Below, piece after piece: positions 14,116 to 29,234 of a stretch of 64,000 nucleotides of DNA. The DNA comes from Magallana gigas. Taxonomy: Eukaryota. The DNA lies in the NCBI RefSeq assembly GCF_963853765.1, contig NC_088857.1, positions 12,028,001 to 12,092,000 on the forward strand, in the 5' to 3' direction. Numbering within the stretch: the stretch's first letter is position 1; the number at the start of each line of letters is the position of its first letter. The translations under genes were made by a program, and so were the position numbers. Under the pieces are notes generated by a model. That model searched no databases, was not told where the DNA came from, and worked only from the letters and a program-made list of their open reading frames with translations.

Positions 14116-17082
14116 TCATTTGCATTTCAATCTTACAAATATGCATCATGGAGATAAGCATCGTACTTTGATTTATTTGATTGACAAATGGGTTACGGAT
14201 ATTGCTCACACTAAAGAAAGCCCGGTTTGCTGTCTAATTGCTGTCACATTGACAGCTTTGTTTTGTTTCCTACGGTGTGTTTGTTTGTACGATGAACTGA
14301 TAAACCATTTCTTTTTATACTCTTGCATATACATGTACTCTTATAAAAATTAATTAAAAAATTGAGAAAGACGTAAAAAGAGTTTCCAAAGAGATATTTA
14401 CATAATCAAACATACAACAGGAAATGTTTGCAATCTTCGCTGGCCTTATTATTCCAGCAAAGACTTTGCCAATCCATCAATATAATGCAGTATTTGGATG
14501 TCCATTTCTTTAGGTTAACTTTTGATGACTTGTTTAAAACATGGGCTTATGTATCAATATAAATTCTTATTTAGAAATTTCCAAATTAAAAAAAAACCCA
14601 GCACATCTTAAACAATACAACTTGATCACCAGTACACAAAACTTTTAAAGCTAATTTGTAAATAAGTAAATTACTAATAGCTAGACAATAAAAGCAGAAA
14701 AACTAGACAGTGTCCGTTATCTTGTCTTTATCACGTAGGCAATTGTTCTTTAAAGCCCTCTTTTCTCGATAAATGTTGTTAAATAGTTTCCCCACCTACA
14801 TCCTATTTCGGACAGGAAATCATTAAGGCCCCCTATAGATACATGTAACACGATAGTCCTGTGTTGAACATCGTCTTGAGATGACAAGGGGCAGAAGGCG
14901 ATACTTTGTCTATCTCTTTATCTCTTGACTCAAACTACATCTGTGACATCCCTAAGATCAATGTATCATGCATACGCAAAAAAAAAAAATAACTTTACAT
15001 AGTAAATTCTTAAAGGTTAAAACTCCTCTATAAACTAAAAACATATATTAGAAATAAAATAAATAAAAAAAAACCACTTTTGGTATTTTGTAAACAAACA
15101 GAAAATTTTATTATGTTTTTAGTATATATCGAGGCATCAACATATCAATGATATTGATTGCAGGGTTGTCCCTGTATGCATACTTACAGGCGAATGTTGC
15201 TAATACTTTTTCAATTTACTTTACAGGCACCTCCAATCCAACAACGACTGCGGTACCAACCAGGTCTTTAGTTAGTACAAGTATACGCCTAATCTGTTAA
15301 AAAATAACTATCTAGACTTTGCAGTCTGTAATCGGGTAATTTGCATATTAATTACCATGTGTTACATCGATTTGTAATCGAAATAAATCATAAATACCCA
15401 ACTAATGACCTTGTTTTTAACACGTTAATTGAATGGTTAATTTTATATTATATGAATATTTATTTCTCATTTACGTCACAATGACTGTACACTTAAACAA
15501 ATCAATCCGCTTGATTGTCATTTTCACATTGTAGAATCGTTGTTTTTTTATGATCTCGTTCACAATTTTTCAATATAACTTAATTAATAGACTTGGTTGG
15601 AACTCTTTAACACTTCTTTTTAGATATAAAGTTCATGAAAATCATTTCTTATACATCAATTCTAAAAAAAACCCCAGTTTTTGACGTCGAATGCATGTGC
15701 CCATTCACTCGTCTTATGCACATCACACTGGCATACAATATTAAGTATGCTATGACTGATTGTTTCATCAATTTGCTTTCAGAAAAAAGCCATCAATCTT
15801 TTGAATTATGTAAGGATATCTGTTCATTCTGACACCACAAACCAGCTGTGCAAGATCTTCTGAGAACATCACTATTGACAGCTCCAGCCTCTTTGTGCGA
15901 ACAAACACTGCGCTATATTGGTTACCGTAATGGAAACCAAGTGCTTATGACCGCTCTGGAAGGGTAACAGTTTGGGGTCCTGGTCGGCTGTCAAGCAACT
16001 AAAGTACAGTTATGCATGTAGCGAGGAGCGGACACGGATGCAACCGCAGGACAAAGGTCGTTTTAACCATTTCTCTTCTACAAAGATGACAAAGGTCAAA
16101 ACTGGTTAAGCTTATATAGTTGCAACTGATATAATTTAAACGTCATATCCATTAGAACATATACGTTGTCTTATAGACAATCATAGCCTTATACACTAGG
16201 TAATTAATGAATTGATTGCTTGTTAACGCTACCTTAAGCAGCAAATACTAATATCTTACGAATTTGTACAATGTATAAAGTCTGACATATAGGACACAAG
16301 TATAAGGTTAATTGATCAGATCTGTTGTCCCTCCATGCGTTACAGTCAGTAATGGGAGAGAAAAGCTGAAATTTGGATTGCCAAAATTGTTGAAAGGAGG
16401 ACAGGGTGTTTTGATTTTTTCCTTTAAAAAACCTTAGTTAAAATGTAATTTGTAAGCTACTTCTTAACAATCAAGACAGTACTTCTTAGCAAATTTAAAT
16501 CATTTGTCAATCATATCGAACATCAATGTCTTTTGAGTTGAAAATTGATTTTTCTACATATTTTCCGTCACTTCAAATAGATTGTCTAATGTATTTATTA
16601 TGACAAAATAATCGACATTCTTCTATTTAATATTTTACAACACTAGCTCCAGATTAGAATACAGTAAACTAGAAGTGCATGGACCCAATAACCCCTCGAC
16701 TGTGCATGGAGTACAAGACCGTTGCTACTGAGCAATGAAGATGTCGTGACAATTAAAGGTATGTCAGGCTGAATTATGGAAGACGACTAGTAAAGTACGT
16801 GCCGCCAATTACGTTCAGAGATTAAATACTGGGCAGTAAATCTTACTTAAAGTCTGCTCATAGCAAAAGCCATAAAACAATGTCAGACGTTATGCAATAT
16901 CAAAATAAAAATCGATGTGTTTCTTCATTGCTTCTGTTAATAAAACGACGCTCTGTCTTCATGAAAGCGCATCAAATAGTGTTTCAGTCATAATTCTTCA
17001 AACATTAACATGTCTAAAATAACAAGTGACAGAGAAAGATATCAAAATAATTTTAGTATTTTAATTCATATATATAACTGAA

Positions 17083-17884
17083 TTATATCTTTGCTTTTTG
17101 TGAATAAAAGTGACAATTATTAATTAAACTTCGATGAAAAGTCATGGTTGCTTGGATACACACATCGCATCCCCTAGTTAGCTCAAAACATAGTTGATCA
17201 CATCTACCCGAAGTCTCCCAAGCGTGAACTACGACCTCTTCATCCACCAAAGCCTCGTTTTCGTACCTTATCTGGAACTCCTTCAACCCATTTTCAACGT
17301 TCTTAATTAAAAGTCTGCTAAATAGGTTCTGGTCTAGACCTTGTTTGCAGACATTCATACAAATCTGAACATAAGCAAGCCAGTTGGTGTGGTTTTGGCT
17401 GTCAATGTCCGATGTTTGAATCTTGTAGTGGTCTATTGCCGCGCATATATCGGGTCGGCGTAATTTTTCCATAACAAACGAAGAACCAGTACACATAGGG
17501 CCATACTTTTCTCGCCAAGAAGGGTCGAGTTCTAGAGGTTTTCTGGTGACCGGATCGATTCTGATGTTTTGCTGAAACAGTCTTGCAAACCATTGCATAT
17601 TGAATTTATTTTTGATTTCAAGCATTTTGCAATGCGAACTTTTCCCAACGTACTGCAATGTAGTGTAGCAGTCAAATGGTAGATGCAAACAAGATGACGT
17701 GTAAAAGCTTTGGTGAATTTCCAGTTTACTTGAGGCAACGTATATAAATTTGTCAGCAAAGGCCGTTTTATTTTCGAGATAGATATTGGGATCTCCTGGC
17801 AAAGATGCATCATTGATTTGCATTGATAAGTCAAACAGTCGAAGAAACCGTAGTACTGGAATGTGCTTTCCTGAAAAAAAAAAA

Positions 17885-17934
<50 letters not shown>

Positions 17935-18107
17935 CGTCGAGGTATCAGTCAATTTGTCAATGAAATGTTACATTCCTGAGATACATACTGCTTGAATCCG
18001 GTGAGCGATCATCAAACAGGTCTGAGACACCTTTTGGAAAATGAACGATACATGTGGATCCGTTGATGGTGCGGCTTAATTTCAGTTGTGTTCTGATTTT
18101 ATGTACA
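17083..18107 (-). CDS. Double-hotdog acyl-ACP/acyl-CoA thioesterase-like protein, array copy 1
   Basis: Exons 17989-18107 (119 bp, VHKIRTQLKLSRTINGSTCIVHFPKGVSDLFDD) and 17083-17870 (788 bp) join in phase 1. Motif SDIDSQNHTNWLAY resembles the D-x-D-x-N-x-H-x-N-N-x-x-Y motif of FatA/B-type acyl-ACP thioesterases. C-terminus KAKI. Start codon not located. Confidence 0.72.
17892..17931. repeat. (GA)n microsatellite in the intron polypyrimidine tract of copy 1
   Basis: About 20 GA units; a degenerate equivalent lies at about 26655-26690 in copy 2. Confidence 0.95.
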
Positions 18108-21100
18108 CTGAAAAAATGAATAAAATAGAACACATAAAATAGAAAGTAACAGGTGTTCAGGTAAAATACCAGTATTCGGAGGATCGACGGCGGTATTTCT
18201 GTATCAATTACAGAGATATGTATATATTTCTAAACATCTAAACATCTACACATACATTTTTAAAAATAAAAAAAGTTGGAAAACCATTTTCCTATCAAGG
18301 CATTAAATGTTATTTGACAGAAAAGATGATGTGAAATTCGGCTCCTCTGTAAAATTTCGAAATTTTTGTTTCATTTTGTATATACGTACCCTCAAATCAC
18401 TTTTCTAACCAAATAAACAACCACATGGGAAAATGCATCACTACCAATGGAAGATGTACATGTGTACATTCAATTCCCATAGACTGATTGCTCCCCCCAC
18501 ACTTGGGTACATCTTTCTCTTTCAGTTGGTCAGTTTATTTATATCAAAACTATCTACATGGGAAAGGAGAAAAAAATATCTCACAGCGCCCATATTCAAA
18601 AGATGCAAAAATGATCTACCCCATTATAAACTGATGTTATTAGCCTGGCGTGGACTCCCTAAACTTTTCATAATGCAACTCGTCTGCACCACGCGTGTCA
18701 CGTGACATACATTTCGGTAAACGTGTTCGACATGACTATACATGCCATTAAGGAGGCTGAATGGTTAACAATTTAACCATCAGATCTACCTAAAATAATA
18801 CATGGGTTTTCTTTTTAGCTAGAGACTATTATTTAGTAAAGAAAAAAATATGTTTAACTTTCTCTTCTTTATATTTTAAAAGAAGATCATTATATTCTAA
18901 AAATGTCCACGACTATCGAGTCCCCTTAACTTCATTTATGCAAACATATTATTTGTCGGCTGTGTTTTAAACGACTGTTATTTTACTGATCGCAATTTTT
19001 TCCCTCAATTGCAGGGACTTTGGTGATATGATAGATTTAATCACGCCATCCCGTGTTTAATCATCTCATAATATTCAAAAGATTGATTCCTTTTAATTAT
19101 ATAAACGTAGTTTTCAGCAAATGTCCAAGGAGTAAATATTAATTTTTAATTGTTATTGATGAAAAATAATATATTGGACTATAAATTACAAAATTTGCTG
19201 TTTCATGGTCTAGAATATAATTGACAATACGTAGATCAAGACGACACAAAGCAATGCAAGCTATATATTAACATTAATCAGAATGTGTCATTTTTCTTAA
19301 CTCTTATTTGAGAAATTATCAAAACCGCGATAAATCATTGTATAAAAGGGACAGGTGACACATGTTTAAGGACAGCATTCTTTGAGAGTTTATCGAAAAT
19401 GATGCATAAAAGAATTTTGAATTAAAATGTTGCATGTTCAAAACAGTCAGGAAAATTCGTTAAAGAAAAACACGTTGGAATATACCAGAGCACCTGTTTA
19501 AAAGCACTTTGCTGCTGCACTAGTACAGTCGTTTTAATTGCATGTGGGAGCACTGTGCTTCCATACCATTACAAACAAACCTTTATATTAACCCCGCTTC
19601 CTCTTTAGACACCTAGATCACGATTTTTAAAGAAATTATCAATTTCAAAAGAATACCACACTCATATGACTTTTTGACTCAATTAATTAAGTTTAATTTC
19701 TTCATAGGATAATGATACCTTGCTGTTGATAACTCCCATTCCATTTTGACCCCGGAAAAGTTATTTATAACTAGCTGTATGGCTGACCGAGGCAGTTTGA
19801 ATTTTTGAACACCCTTTTCCGTGAAAATTCCTTAATACTCGCTATATTTTATTTTTTAACACAATCCAGTCATACTATTCTGCAATGCATACCAATAATA
19901 AAATATTAGAAACAGTGATCAGCTGTTCAGTGCTAGCTAAAAGTACTGCAATCTTGACTATCAGCTACTTTTTAATGCAACCATGACATATTTTTGGTGC
20001 ACTCGAGTCGTAACATTACATGTGACCAAGATAAATAACTAAATACTTAATTTGGATGCATTTTACCTACTTAGATAAGTAAAGGTTATAGTAAACTCCG
20101 TTTTCTTTATTGAAAAGGACACGTATACCCTATGTGGAAAACATGCAAACATGTAAACTCAAAACGTATAGAAGAAATCTCGTAGGTGAAGTGGTTTTCT
20201 ATAAATTAAAAAAAAATATTCGATTTATACAATATATAGCAACGACGTTTAAGCACACAGAGACTGTCGATTATCCTATTCTAGAAAGTGGCTATAAACA
20301 ATTAACTGACAATAAAGGATTATTAATGTCGATAATGTCTAAGTAAATCTCCTTTCATCTTTTTGTTCTACAATTCAAAGCAGACAAATTGCTGCCCGCC
20401 TACATCATGTTTTATATAGAAAATCATTAGGACCAACCTCAGACCATGCATCTCGATAGTCTTGTATTGAACATAGACTTGAGACGACAGGGTACGGAAA
20501 GCGATACTTTGTTTATCAGTTTATCTAAACTACATCTGTGACATTCCGCAAAATCAATTATTATCCACGTAAAGACGAAAAAATAACTAAAATTCAAATC
20601 TTTACAACATTGCCGAAAAAAGATATTTCTAAACTATGTTGTATAGATATATTAATGAAAAATGACTAACTTTAAATCATCCAGTACCAGAGGTCAGGGT
20701 TGATAATAAAACAAATCTTACTGATTGATGTACTTGTGTACTTGTATGAACTAACTATCAACCATATGATGATGTGAAATCATTTGGTGCAGTCAGTAAT
20801 TTTTCTCAGGTCGATGAAGGTTTTGACCAATCGATAAACGTTTAAATATCAGTTTTAACATTTTCTACAGAGCTATGAATTACAATGTTAAGATTTGAAA
20901 GAAATAGAGGGAATCATACTCGGTGGATGTAAAAATATCAAAATTGAAACAATAAAACGAAAAGATAATAATTAAACTTATGTTTTTTGTTATCTATACA
21001 CAAGGATTATATTAAGAAGTACACTTCCCATAAAAGTATTTATTAACTCCATGGTGTTTCAAAAAGATTCAAATCTTTTATAAAAATAAACTATTATTCG

Positions 21101-24100
21101 CAAAAAATATTACAATGAATCTTTCACAATTGACATAATCGTTACTTCTAATACCAAAACATTTTTTTTCATCACATCTTTTTTTCTGTCTTGTTCACAC
21201 TAAATCCACACATTACATAACCAATTGTTTCATTAATGGCAGTCTTCTTCTAGAAAAGCCATCAATCTTTTGAATTATGTTTTTGTGCATCTTTACACCA
21301 CAAACCATCTGTGCATGATCATTTTATAACATCACCATCGACAATCTTAACCTCATTGTGTTAACTACACCCAAAGTGCAAATTAATATTGATTGAAAAT
21401 CCATTTTATTATTATAAGGTGAATGACTGGAAAAAAAGTCCAAGTGCTCGTGTTCTCTCTGAAATAGCGACCGTAGTACAATTTTGGTGTGGTTTAGAAT
21501 AAAGATACATCATGTTTTGCTATTTTTTTTCTAATGCTGGCAACCCTCATACCCGTATGAAGCATAAAAGAAAGCATTTAATTGTTTGAACACTAGCATA
21601 CGATATATGTATTTGTATCAAAAATGTTTTTACATAGCACATCGTCCGTTCAGAGAAAGTGTCCTACTACTGCACCTCATAGTATAAACAAAATACTCTG
21701 TAGACCAATGATATTTTTAATCTGTTCTGATATATTAAAGAAATGCTATTAAGAGCTTTTTTCTCTTGTAAAAAAACCCGTCATTTTTTAATCCTTCTCA
21801 TTGACAATGATTGATTTACAGATCAGGGGCGTAAAATGATCAACGTCTTGCAAGAAAGGTGCAACTCTAAAGACTAAAACAGAAATGCTTGTTGCATTTC
21901 ACAAAGCATTAAGCTCACCCACAACACAGTCAGGAATAAGCATGTAGTTTGGCATTTTGTTATATATAGTTCGAGAAATCAAGAGTAAATTAATCTTGAT
22001 CTTGAGCAACACAACAACTGCGCATTATGGGAAAAGGGGTCTCAACATATGACACAAGCGCCAAAGCTAGTGGTGGTACGATCGAACTTAATATTGCGAG
22101 ATCATTGTACCCGGTGGTAGTCAACATTGTCCCAAACATTTTGAAAATGGCGATTTTAAAATTTATGTATTCCTAAATTATGTGCAAAGTTGTTGTCTCA
22201 ATTTTTTTTCTTGATTTTTAACAAAATTTTACACAATAAAATAAAATTAAATCCAAGATTTCTTCATTGACACATGATCTGTTTTACCCGGGTACGTCCC
22301 AGGATTGAAAATAAGCTTTAGGAAAATCTGACACTCTTTGTCATTTAGGAGTCATTTGAATACCTCGCACAACTTATTTCTAACGTTATCATCCAAGTAC
22401 CTTCAAGTCGCTTGCAATGCAAAATCCCAGTAGACGACTAACACTTATTGAAATTTGACAAGCTAAAGGGGCGTTTAAAAGGAGAAATTTTGGGATTTTT
22501 TCATAAAACTGAATAAACATAGTTTGAACCCTGAATATAGAATAAGACAATGTTCTCCAAAAATATATTATAAAAGCAGTCGATAGTTAATTCATTAGCA
22601 GGTTTGCTATAATTACACTCTTCGAACAGCTGCACAGCTAAACGAAAATCACCGAATTCATTTCCAGTATCATCCAAGCTGACAAATTTTTTTTTATATT
22701 AATGTAACATGGATATGGAAAAACGCTTTTGCTGAAATGTTTATCAGCTTTGGCATTTATTAGAGAAACACTTGCTTAGACTAACAATAATATATCTTTG
22801 GGAATTTAATTCAAACTGAAATTTTGACTCTTCAATAAAGTGTTACCAGCTATCTTCAACACTTCTAATCCAGTTAATGCCGAGTTATAGCCTCTGACAA
22901 AAATCTTCCTTTGCATCATATCTTCCACAGAACCATATAGCTAGGGCCTACAGCTTATATCACACAAAGAAGTCTCTGGCAATTTACAAGTAATTCTTGT
23001 GTTATCTGGTATCTACAACTTTATTTTAAAAAAGTAACAATTTCAACTTCCCGAGGCTTTCATAATATTCACCGAGGAAGTTAAGCCGGTTATCAAAAGC
23101 AATTGTATTCACCACGAAAACAGGCCATTTTGTAACATCAGTTAGATCCTTCCTCAAAGACAATAAGAATACACGAAATATGATGCAAAAGCTTTACCTA
23201 TGTATTGAAGTTAAACCTTGAAAGATACCAAACACTGGGAGGAAGAAAAAAGCTTAAATTTGTTTTCGTGAGCAGAGTTTTTCGAAAAGATGCTTTAAGT
23301 CTATTGGAGGATATGGTAATACAAACAAAAATACCATGCTTCATGAAACAAAGGGATAAGCAATTGTCAACAGAGGGTGCTAGTTCTAGCCGATTGGATT
23401 TGATTCTAGAGTTTTGATGTTCAAAATTGTTCTTATACAACTTTACCACGTAAACTACAGCTTATCACATATTTTTGGCCAATGGCTTTCATATTCCTTA
23501 TATGTAACAAATCAAACTGTCTCAAAATCCACTCTTCAATATTAGTCCATAATTCTTTTACTACAATACTCTCTTTATCTCTTTTACAAAAAGTGCATAC
23601 AGAAGACCGCTTTTTTAATGTTGAAAAGATATTTATCTGACGGAATAATTCTATGAAGAAATTGGAACTATAACCAATTTAGTTTTGTTTCTTCTGAGAT
23701 TTAAAAGGGAGTTCAAAAATATTGTTCCAGGTTTCTTGTGCATAATTTTGACCTTTTTCTCTTTATTTTGATATAGATGTACATGTTTCTCTCTTTTTAT
23801 ATAATACACCCCTGCGAATGTAATTGTCATTTAAATTTTAGACCACATGTTTTTATTTGACCCTTTCAGTTTCGCAGTAAAATTCGTGCCTCGTGTTTAT
23901 AGCCCATTTCATATAAAATCTAGGTACTTGTAGTCAAATATAAAATCTAGAGATTTATTGATTTTAGAATATATTTTCATTAATTGATGGATAAAATGTG
24001 TTCTAGAAATAAATGTGACAATACAAAAAATAGTTTTTGTCTGCTGTTGCAACAATTAACAAGCTTGTAGAGATCCCCCTGCAGACTAGTTTTCGATCCG

Positions 24101-25838
24101 CGCCTGACATAGTAATAGCATTAATAGTGAAACAGAATATACTTTTTTATGCAGAATGTCTCGACATACTAAGTTTTTATGCAAAACAGACACCCATTAT
24201 TTTTTTTTTTAAAAACATGGTATTGCACACAACAAGCATCAAATAGGGCTATGATTTTTTTTAAGCAACCAAATGTTTATATTTTCAACCACTCTACACG
24301 TGGTTGAACACGAACGATAACAATGCTCTGGATATCATAGTTTAATTTAAATAACCCCTAGATGATGAAAAAAAAAACCCAAACATTTTTTAAAAAATTC
24401 ATGTCAACGTTTTTACTTAAATCAAAGTATGATATGATATGAAAAACGACCAGAACTTACGTATTTTGAGAATATTATCCGAACACATATACTTTCGCTC
24501 GGAATTTCACAGGAACTGAACAAATCTCGGTGAAGTCTCGTGAACTTTCATTGAGCACCTCTGGATTTATTATATAGTTAGTAACGATAAAGAAAACATT
24601 CCGAACACATTTGCAGGGGTGTAATAATAAGTTTGCAACTTTACAATTGTATGTAAACAGCAGGAAATGTTAGGGATAACAGGTCCATATTCTTTTATCA
24701 TTTGTAAGTTTGGTACGTATAAATATTGTGTATGCAATCTGGCCCTTACAGCAGTTCTTATACTTGCATTTTCTAAAAGGTTTATCATTGAAATAAATTG
24801 TTTCAATTTCTAAATCTTAATAATGTTTTAACCAAAATAAATCAAGTACTAGGAAAGCTTTTAAAAAATATGGATTTATTTTGTCTACTGTGATTTGGGG
24901 ATTGTACCATATATATTAATTAATAACCTCGGGTTTACTTAACAAATGTTGCTGCTCTGTTTTTAACCATCTGAGAAATACCTCTCTCCAGAAAAAAGTT
25001 TCCAAAGTTTTACATAAACTAAATGAGTAATATGTGCCATTCCTCAATTTTTCTGGGATTTTTATTTTCCAAATGGATTCCAGAAGCCTTACCCATTTTG
25101 TCTCAGACCTAGTAAGTCTCTTTATCCAAGTATATATGATCAAATTTATTAAAACAATAAAAGATATATTTTTATGTTTTCCTTAAAAGAAATCAATGTG
25201 AGTGGAGTCGGAGAAAGGCAGAATAGAGTTAGAAGTATTTGTACATAGATAGAATTCTCCCATCAAAGTTCCATACATCAGAGGCTACACTTGTATATAA
25301 AGATACTATATAACTAATACATACCTCCACTTTCATTAGGTATATTCGAAATCCATAAAATGTTATGTGCATTGCGGACTTAGTATGGACTTTGGAAATT
25401 CAGACTTATCAAATTCATATCGAAAAATACGAAAAATAAGCTTAGTCTGAACCCCTTCCCCCACCCCTGGCAAAATTTCTCCAACACCCCTCTAGAACAG
25501 TTTCTGGATTTGCGTTTATGCATAAAGCTTTAAAAGGACCTGCAAAAATAAAGACCCACGAATATGTTAGTTTGCCAGTGCTCAGTTTGCAGTAGCTGCA
25601 ATAAAAGCTATGTCAACACATAATTAAATATTTTATTCTGAAATAAAATATGCTTGATTTTTTTTAACATATATAAATAATTTATGTTTTATAAAGAAAC
25701 AAGTACCAAAGATAAAGGTGTTGTGTTATACCAGTTATATATAATAACGGTATGTAGCGTATAGTGTAGATCATTCAGTTGGCGGGGTAGATTAAAATAA
25801 GTGTCATACGTGCATTTGATTAAAAACTCGAAACTATG

Positions 25839-26889
25839 TCAAATCTTTGATTTAATTAACTCAATATTTGTGCTTTTAACACAACGCTGATGAAATGCAA
25901 TGGTTGCTTGAATACACACATCGGATCCCCTAGTCAGCTCAAAACATAGTTGATCATCTCTACCCGAAGTCTCCCAAGCATGAACTACGACCTCTTCATC
26001 CACCAAAGCCTCGTTTTCGTACCTTATCTGGAACTCCTTCAACCCATTTTTACTGTTCTGAATTAAAAGTCTGCTAAAAAGTTCTTGGTCCAAACCTTTT
26101 CTGCAGACATTCATACAAATCTGAACATAAGCCAGCCAGTTGGTGTGGTTTTGGCTGTCAATATCCGATGTCTGAATCTTGTAGTGGTCTCCAGCCCTAC
26201 ATACATCGGGTCTGCTTAGTTTTTCCATTACAAAGGGGGAACCTGTACACATTTGGCGATACTTTTCTCGCCATGGAGCAGGAAATTCGGAGGGTTTTCT
26301 GGTGACCGGGTCAATTCTGATATCTTGCTGAAACAGTCTTGCAAACCATTGCGAATTGTTTCTATTTTTCATTTCAAGCATTTTGGAATGCGAACTTTTC
26401 CCAACGTAATGTAATGTAGAGTAGCAGTCAAATGGTAGATGCAAACAAGATGACGTATAAAAACTTTTGTGAATTTCTAGTTTACTCGAGGCAACGTATA
26501 TAAGTTTGTCAGCAAAGACCGTTTTATTTTCTAGATAGGTATTGAGATCTCCTGGCAAAGATGCATAGCAGATATCCAATATTAGGTCAACCAGTCGAAG
26601 AAACCGTACAACTGGAATCTGTTTACCTGATAAAAAAAGGAGAAATTAATTTAAGAGAGAGAGATAGAGAGAGAGAGAGAAACACAGAGAGACAGTGTCT
26701 GTAAGGGACAGAAAGAGAAAGAGAGAATACTTCCATGTATCAATCAATTTGTCCTTGAAATGTTAGAGTCCTGAGATACATACTGCTTGAATGTGGTGAG
26801 GGTTCATCAAACAGGTCTGATACACCTTCTGGAAAATGAACGATACATGTGGGCCCGTTGATGGTGCGGCTTACTTTCAGTTGAGTCAT
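25839..26889 (-). CDS. Double-hotdog thioesterase-like protein, array copy 2 (297 aa if started at ATG 26889)
   Basis: Exon 26784-26902 contains in-frame ATG (MTQLKVSRTINGPTCIVHFPEGVSDLFDE); phase-1 splice to the 788-bp exon 25839-26626; SDIDSQNHTNWLAY motif; ends KSKI. Confidence 0.78.
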
Positions 26890-29234
26890 AATTTTATATA
26901 CACTGGAAAAAAATAAATATAATGTAACTAAATAGGAAGTAACTTTAATACAGTTAAGATATTAAGAGGATATTAGATGATTCAAAATATTTTGGTAGTT
27001 CTTCGTCAATTACAGAGATATGCGCAGGATATACATTTCTAACCATAGCGGATTGCGGAATTTAAGTGGGGCGCGCCCCTCCCCTAAAATTGCCAAAATG
27101 AAGCTGAATCATAATCTCTCTGGCAATTATTTATCAACTTTGTGGAGACCCATAGGATTTCTCTACATTAGACCAATTTCAACGATGTTGTATAAAGAAA
27201 CCCAGTGAGTTCAATGGTATAATGTTTAGAAAACTCATTTTAGTCACGCTCAACAACCTTTTAGTTACACCTCGTGTAGCTAGTGTTTTTGACGACTCAT
27301 TCCTCATACAAAGATAAAATGATATATTTCTTATATCTCCGCAAGGCAGGAGCTTTTGATGGGTTTAACTTTAATTCAGGTCTTAAATCAAACCTTTTAA
27401 AGTTTTTAATTTTATCATTTTTACATTATAATCACGAGAAAAATGTCGCAAAAGTGTGACTTTGGAGACAAATCTATTGAATCCAGGAGCTTCCGGTGGC
27501 TTCGCAACCTAGGCCCCCATTAAGGCTTTCCCCTGGATGACCCACTTGGGGTCTCAAGGCGGCCTCCATACTTTCTGCCTTCCATTGGCGCCCCCTCTAA
27601 CATATTTTTCATATCCTGGATCCGCCCCTGTCTTAACACCTAAAGCATACCTCGCCAAAAGTATAAATGTGTAGGAAGTTAGAAAATCGTTTAAAAAATT
27701 GATTACCTAAACTTTCTACCCAAACATTAAACGGTTAGAAATATACTGACAGAAAGAATTATGTGAAATACGGGCCTTCTGTAAATGAACAAGAAATAAA
27801 TTTCGGAATTTTTTATTCATTTGGTGTGGATTTAATATTTGATATATTTACCCTCAAAAATCCAGTTTTTTTTATTTAAAACAACCACATGGAACAAAAT
27901 GCATCATTATTTACGGAAAGGTATTCACAGTTTACATTCAATTCTCACAGACCTCTAGCTAACCTTTGAAATGCATATGTGCAATAAGGAACATTTTCTA
28001 TTTAAGCTGATCAGTGTATTTCATAATCCAGCTTGGAAATGATAAAAATTCATCCCACTTTGTCAATATGTTACATTTCTTGAAACGGCTTGTTTCTGCC
28101 CACAACTGACCAAAACTGTTATCAATAGATAAAAAAGCAGTAAATATAGTATACGGTTTTACATGTTTTGTATGCAAATTATGCAGACAAGAACATGAAA
28201 AGTCTTTTTTAATCACTTAGTAATGCGCACTTACTGACTTAAATTGACTTAAATTAAAGATTTAAAAATATGAATAAAATTAAAGGCGGTCCACTCTACA
28301 GTCGTGTTAGTTTTTGTGTAAAAAAAAAAAAAAAGAATACCCTACTCTTAAAATGAGTCTCGGAAACGATCAGTAGGCATAAGATATATTTGTCTGTGGA
28401 AGTTCTTTGAAATAATACTTATAATATGTATAGCTTTCAAATTTATTTCAAACAATTTTTTTTTGGATCCCTACCCCGCTTTCTTAAAGAATTTACTTTG
28501 ATTAATACATATAGAACTTTAAAAAACAACAATAAAAACTTGACTGATATAGAGATGCCTGTCATATTCAACACAAATTGTTTTTTCCAATGAAAGTATA
28601 ATGTCAATGTGCATCCATAGACATAGGAGTTGGATTTTTCTTCTTCCAAATATAGACATCAGTGCAGACTAATAAAAATAGAGTACCCCATGTTAAGACA
28701 AAGTAACATCATTAATGTGAAAGATTCATCAATTTTCTAAAAAAAAAAATGGTTGTAGAGTGGACATTAATGACCTCCCCTTATATGATTTCAGATTTTC
28801 AAGAAAAGTCTGCAGCTGCGCAGTTCTAATGGTGTTCCAAGTGATTAAAATACCACTTACGTGCGCAATTTGAAAGCAAAACATCGTGTAAACCTCATAA
28901 TCCGTGCTTTTTATCGTATGGAAACAAGTTTGGTCACTTTTTGGTATAAATAAGACAGGTTGAAAAAATGTTTACATCCTGGTCCACCAGATCGAAATTC
29001 GCCGTTTTTTATATAAAAATATCATCAATAAGGCATCTGTCATGACAATAAAATACAATTGAACCTTTTAGCACAAAGTTATTTTTCTTCAATCTCATTT
29101 GATAATTATCACACTAAATGGTAAATTTTCCTCATTCCTCGAACTGTTAAGTATGTTCAGTTGAGAAATATATTATAGCGCGAACAGGCCTCCATATCAA
29201 ATTTACGTTCTAACGTACCTAGATATTATATTTC

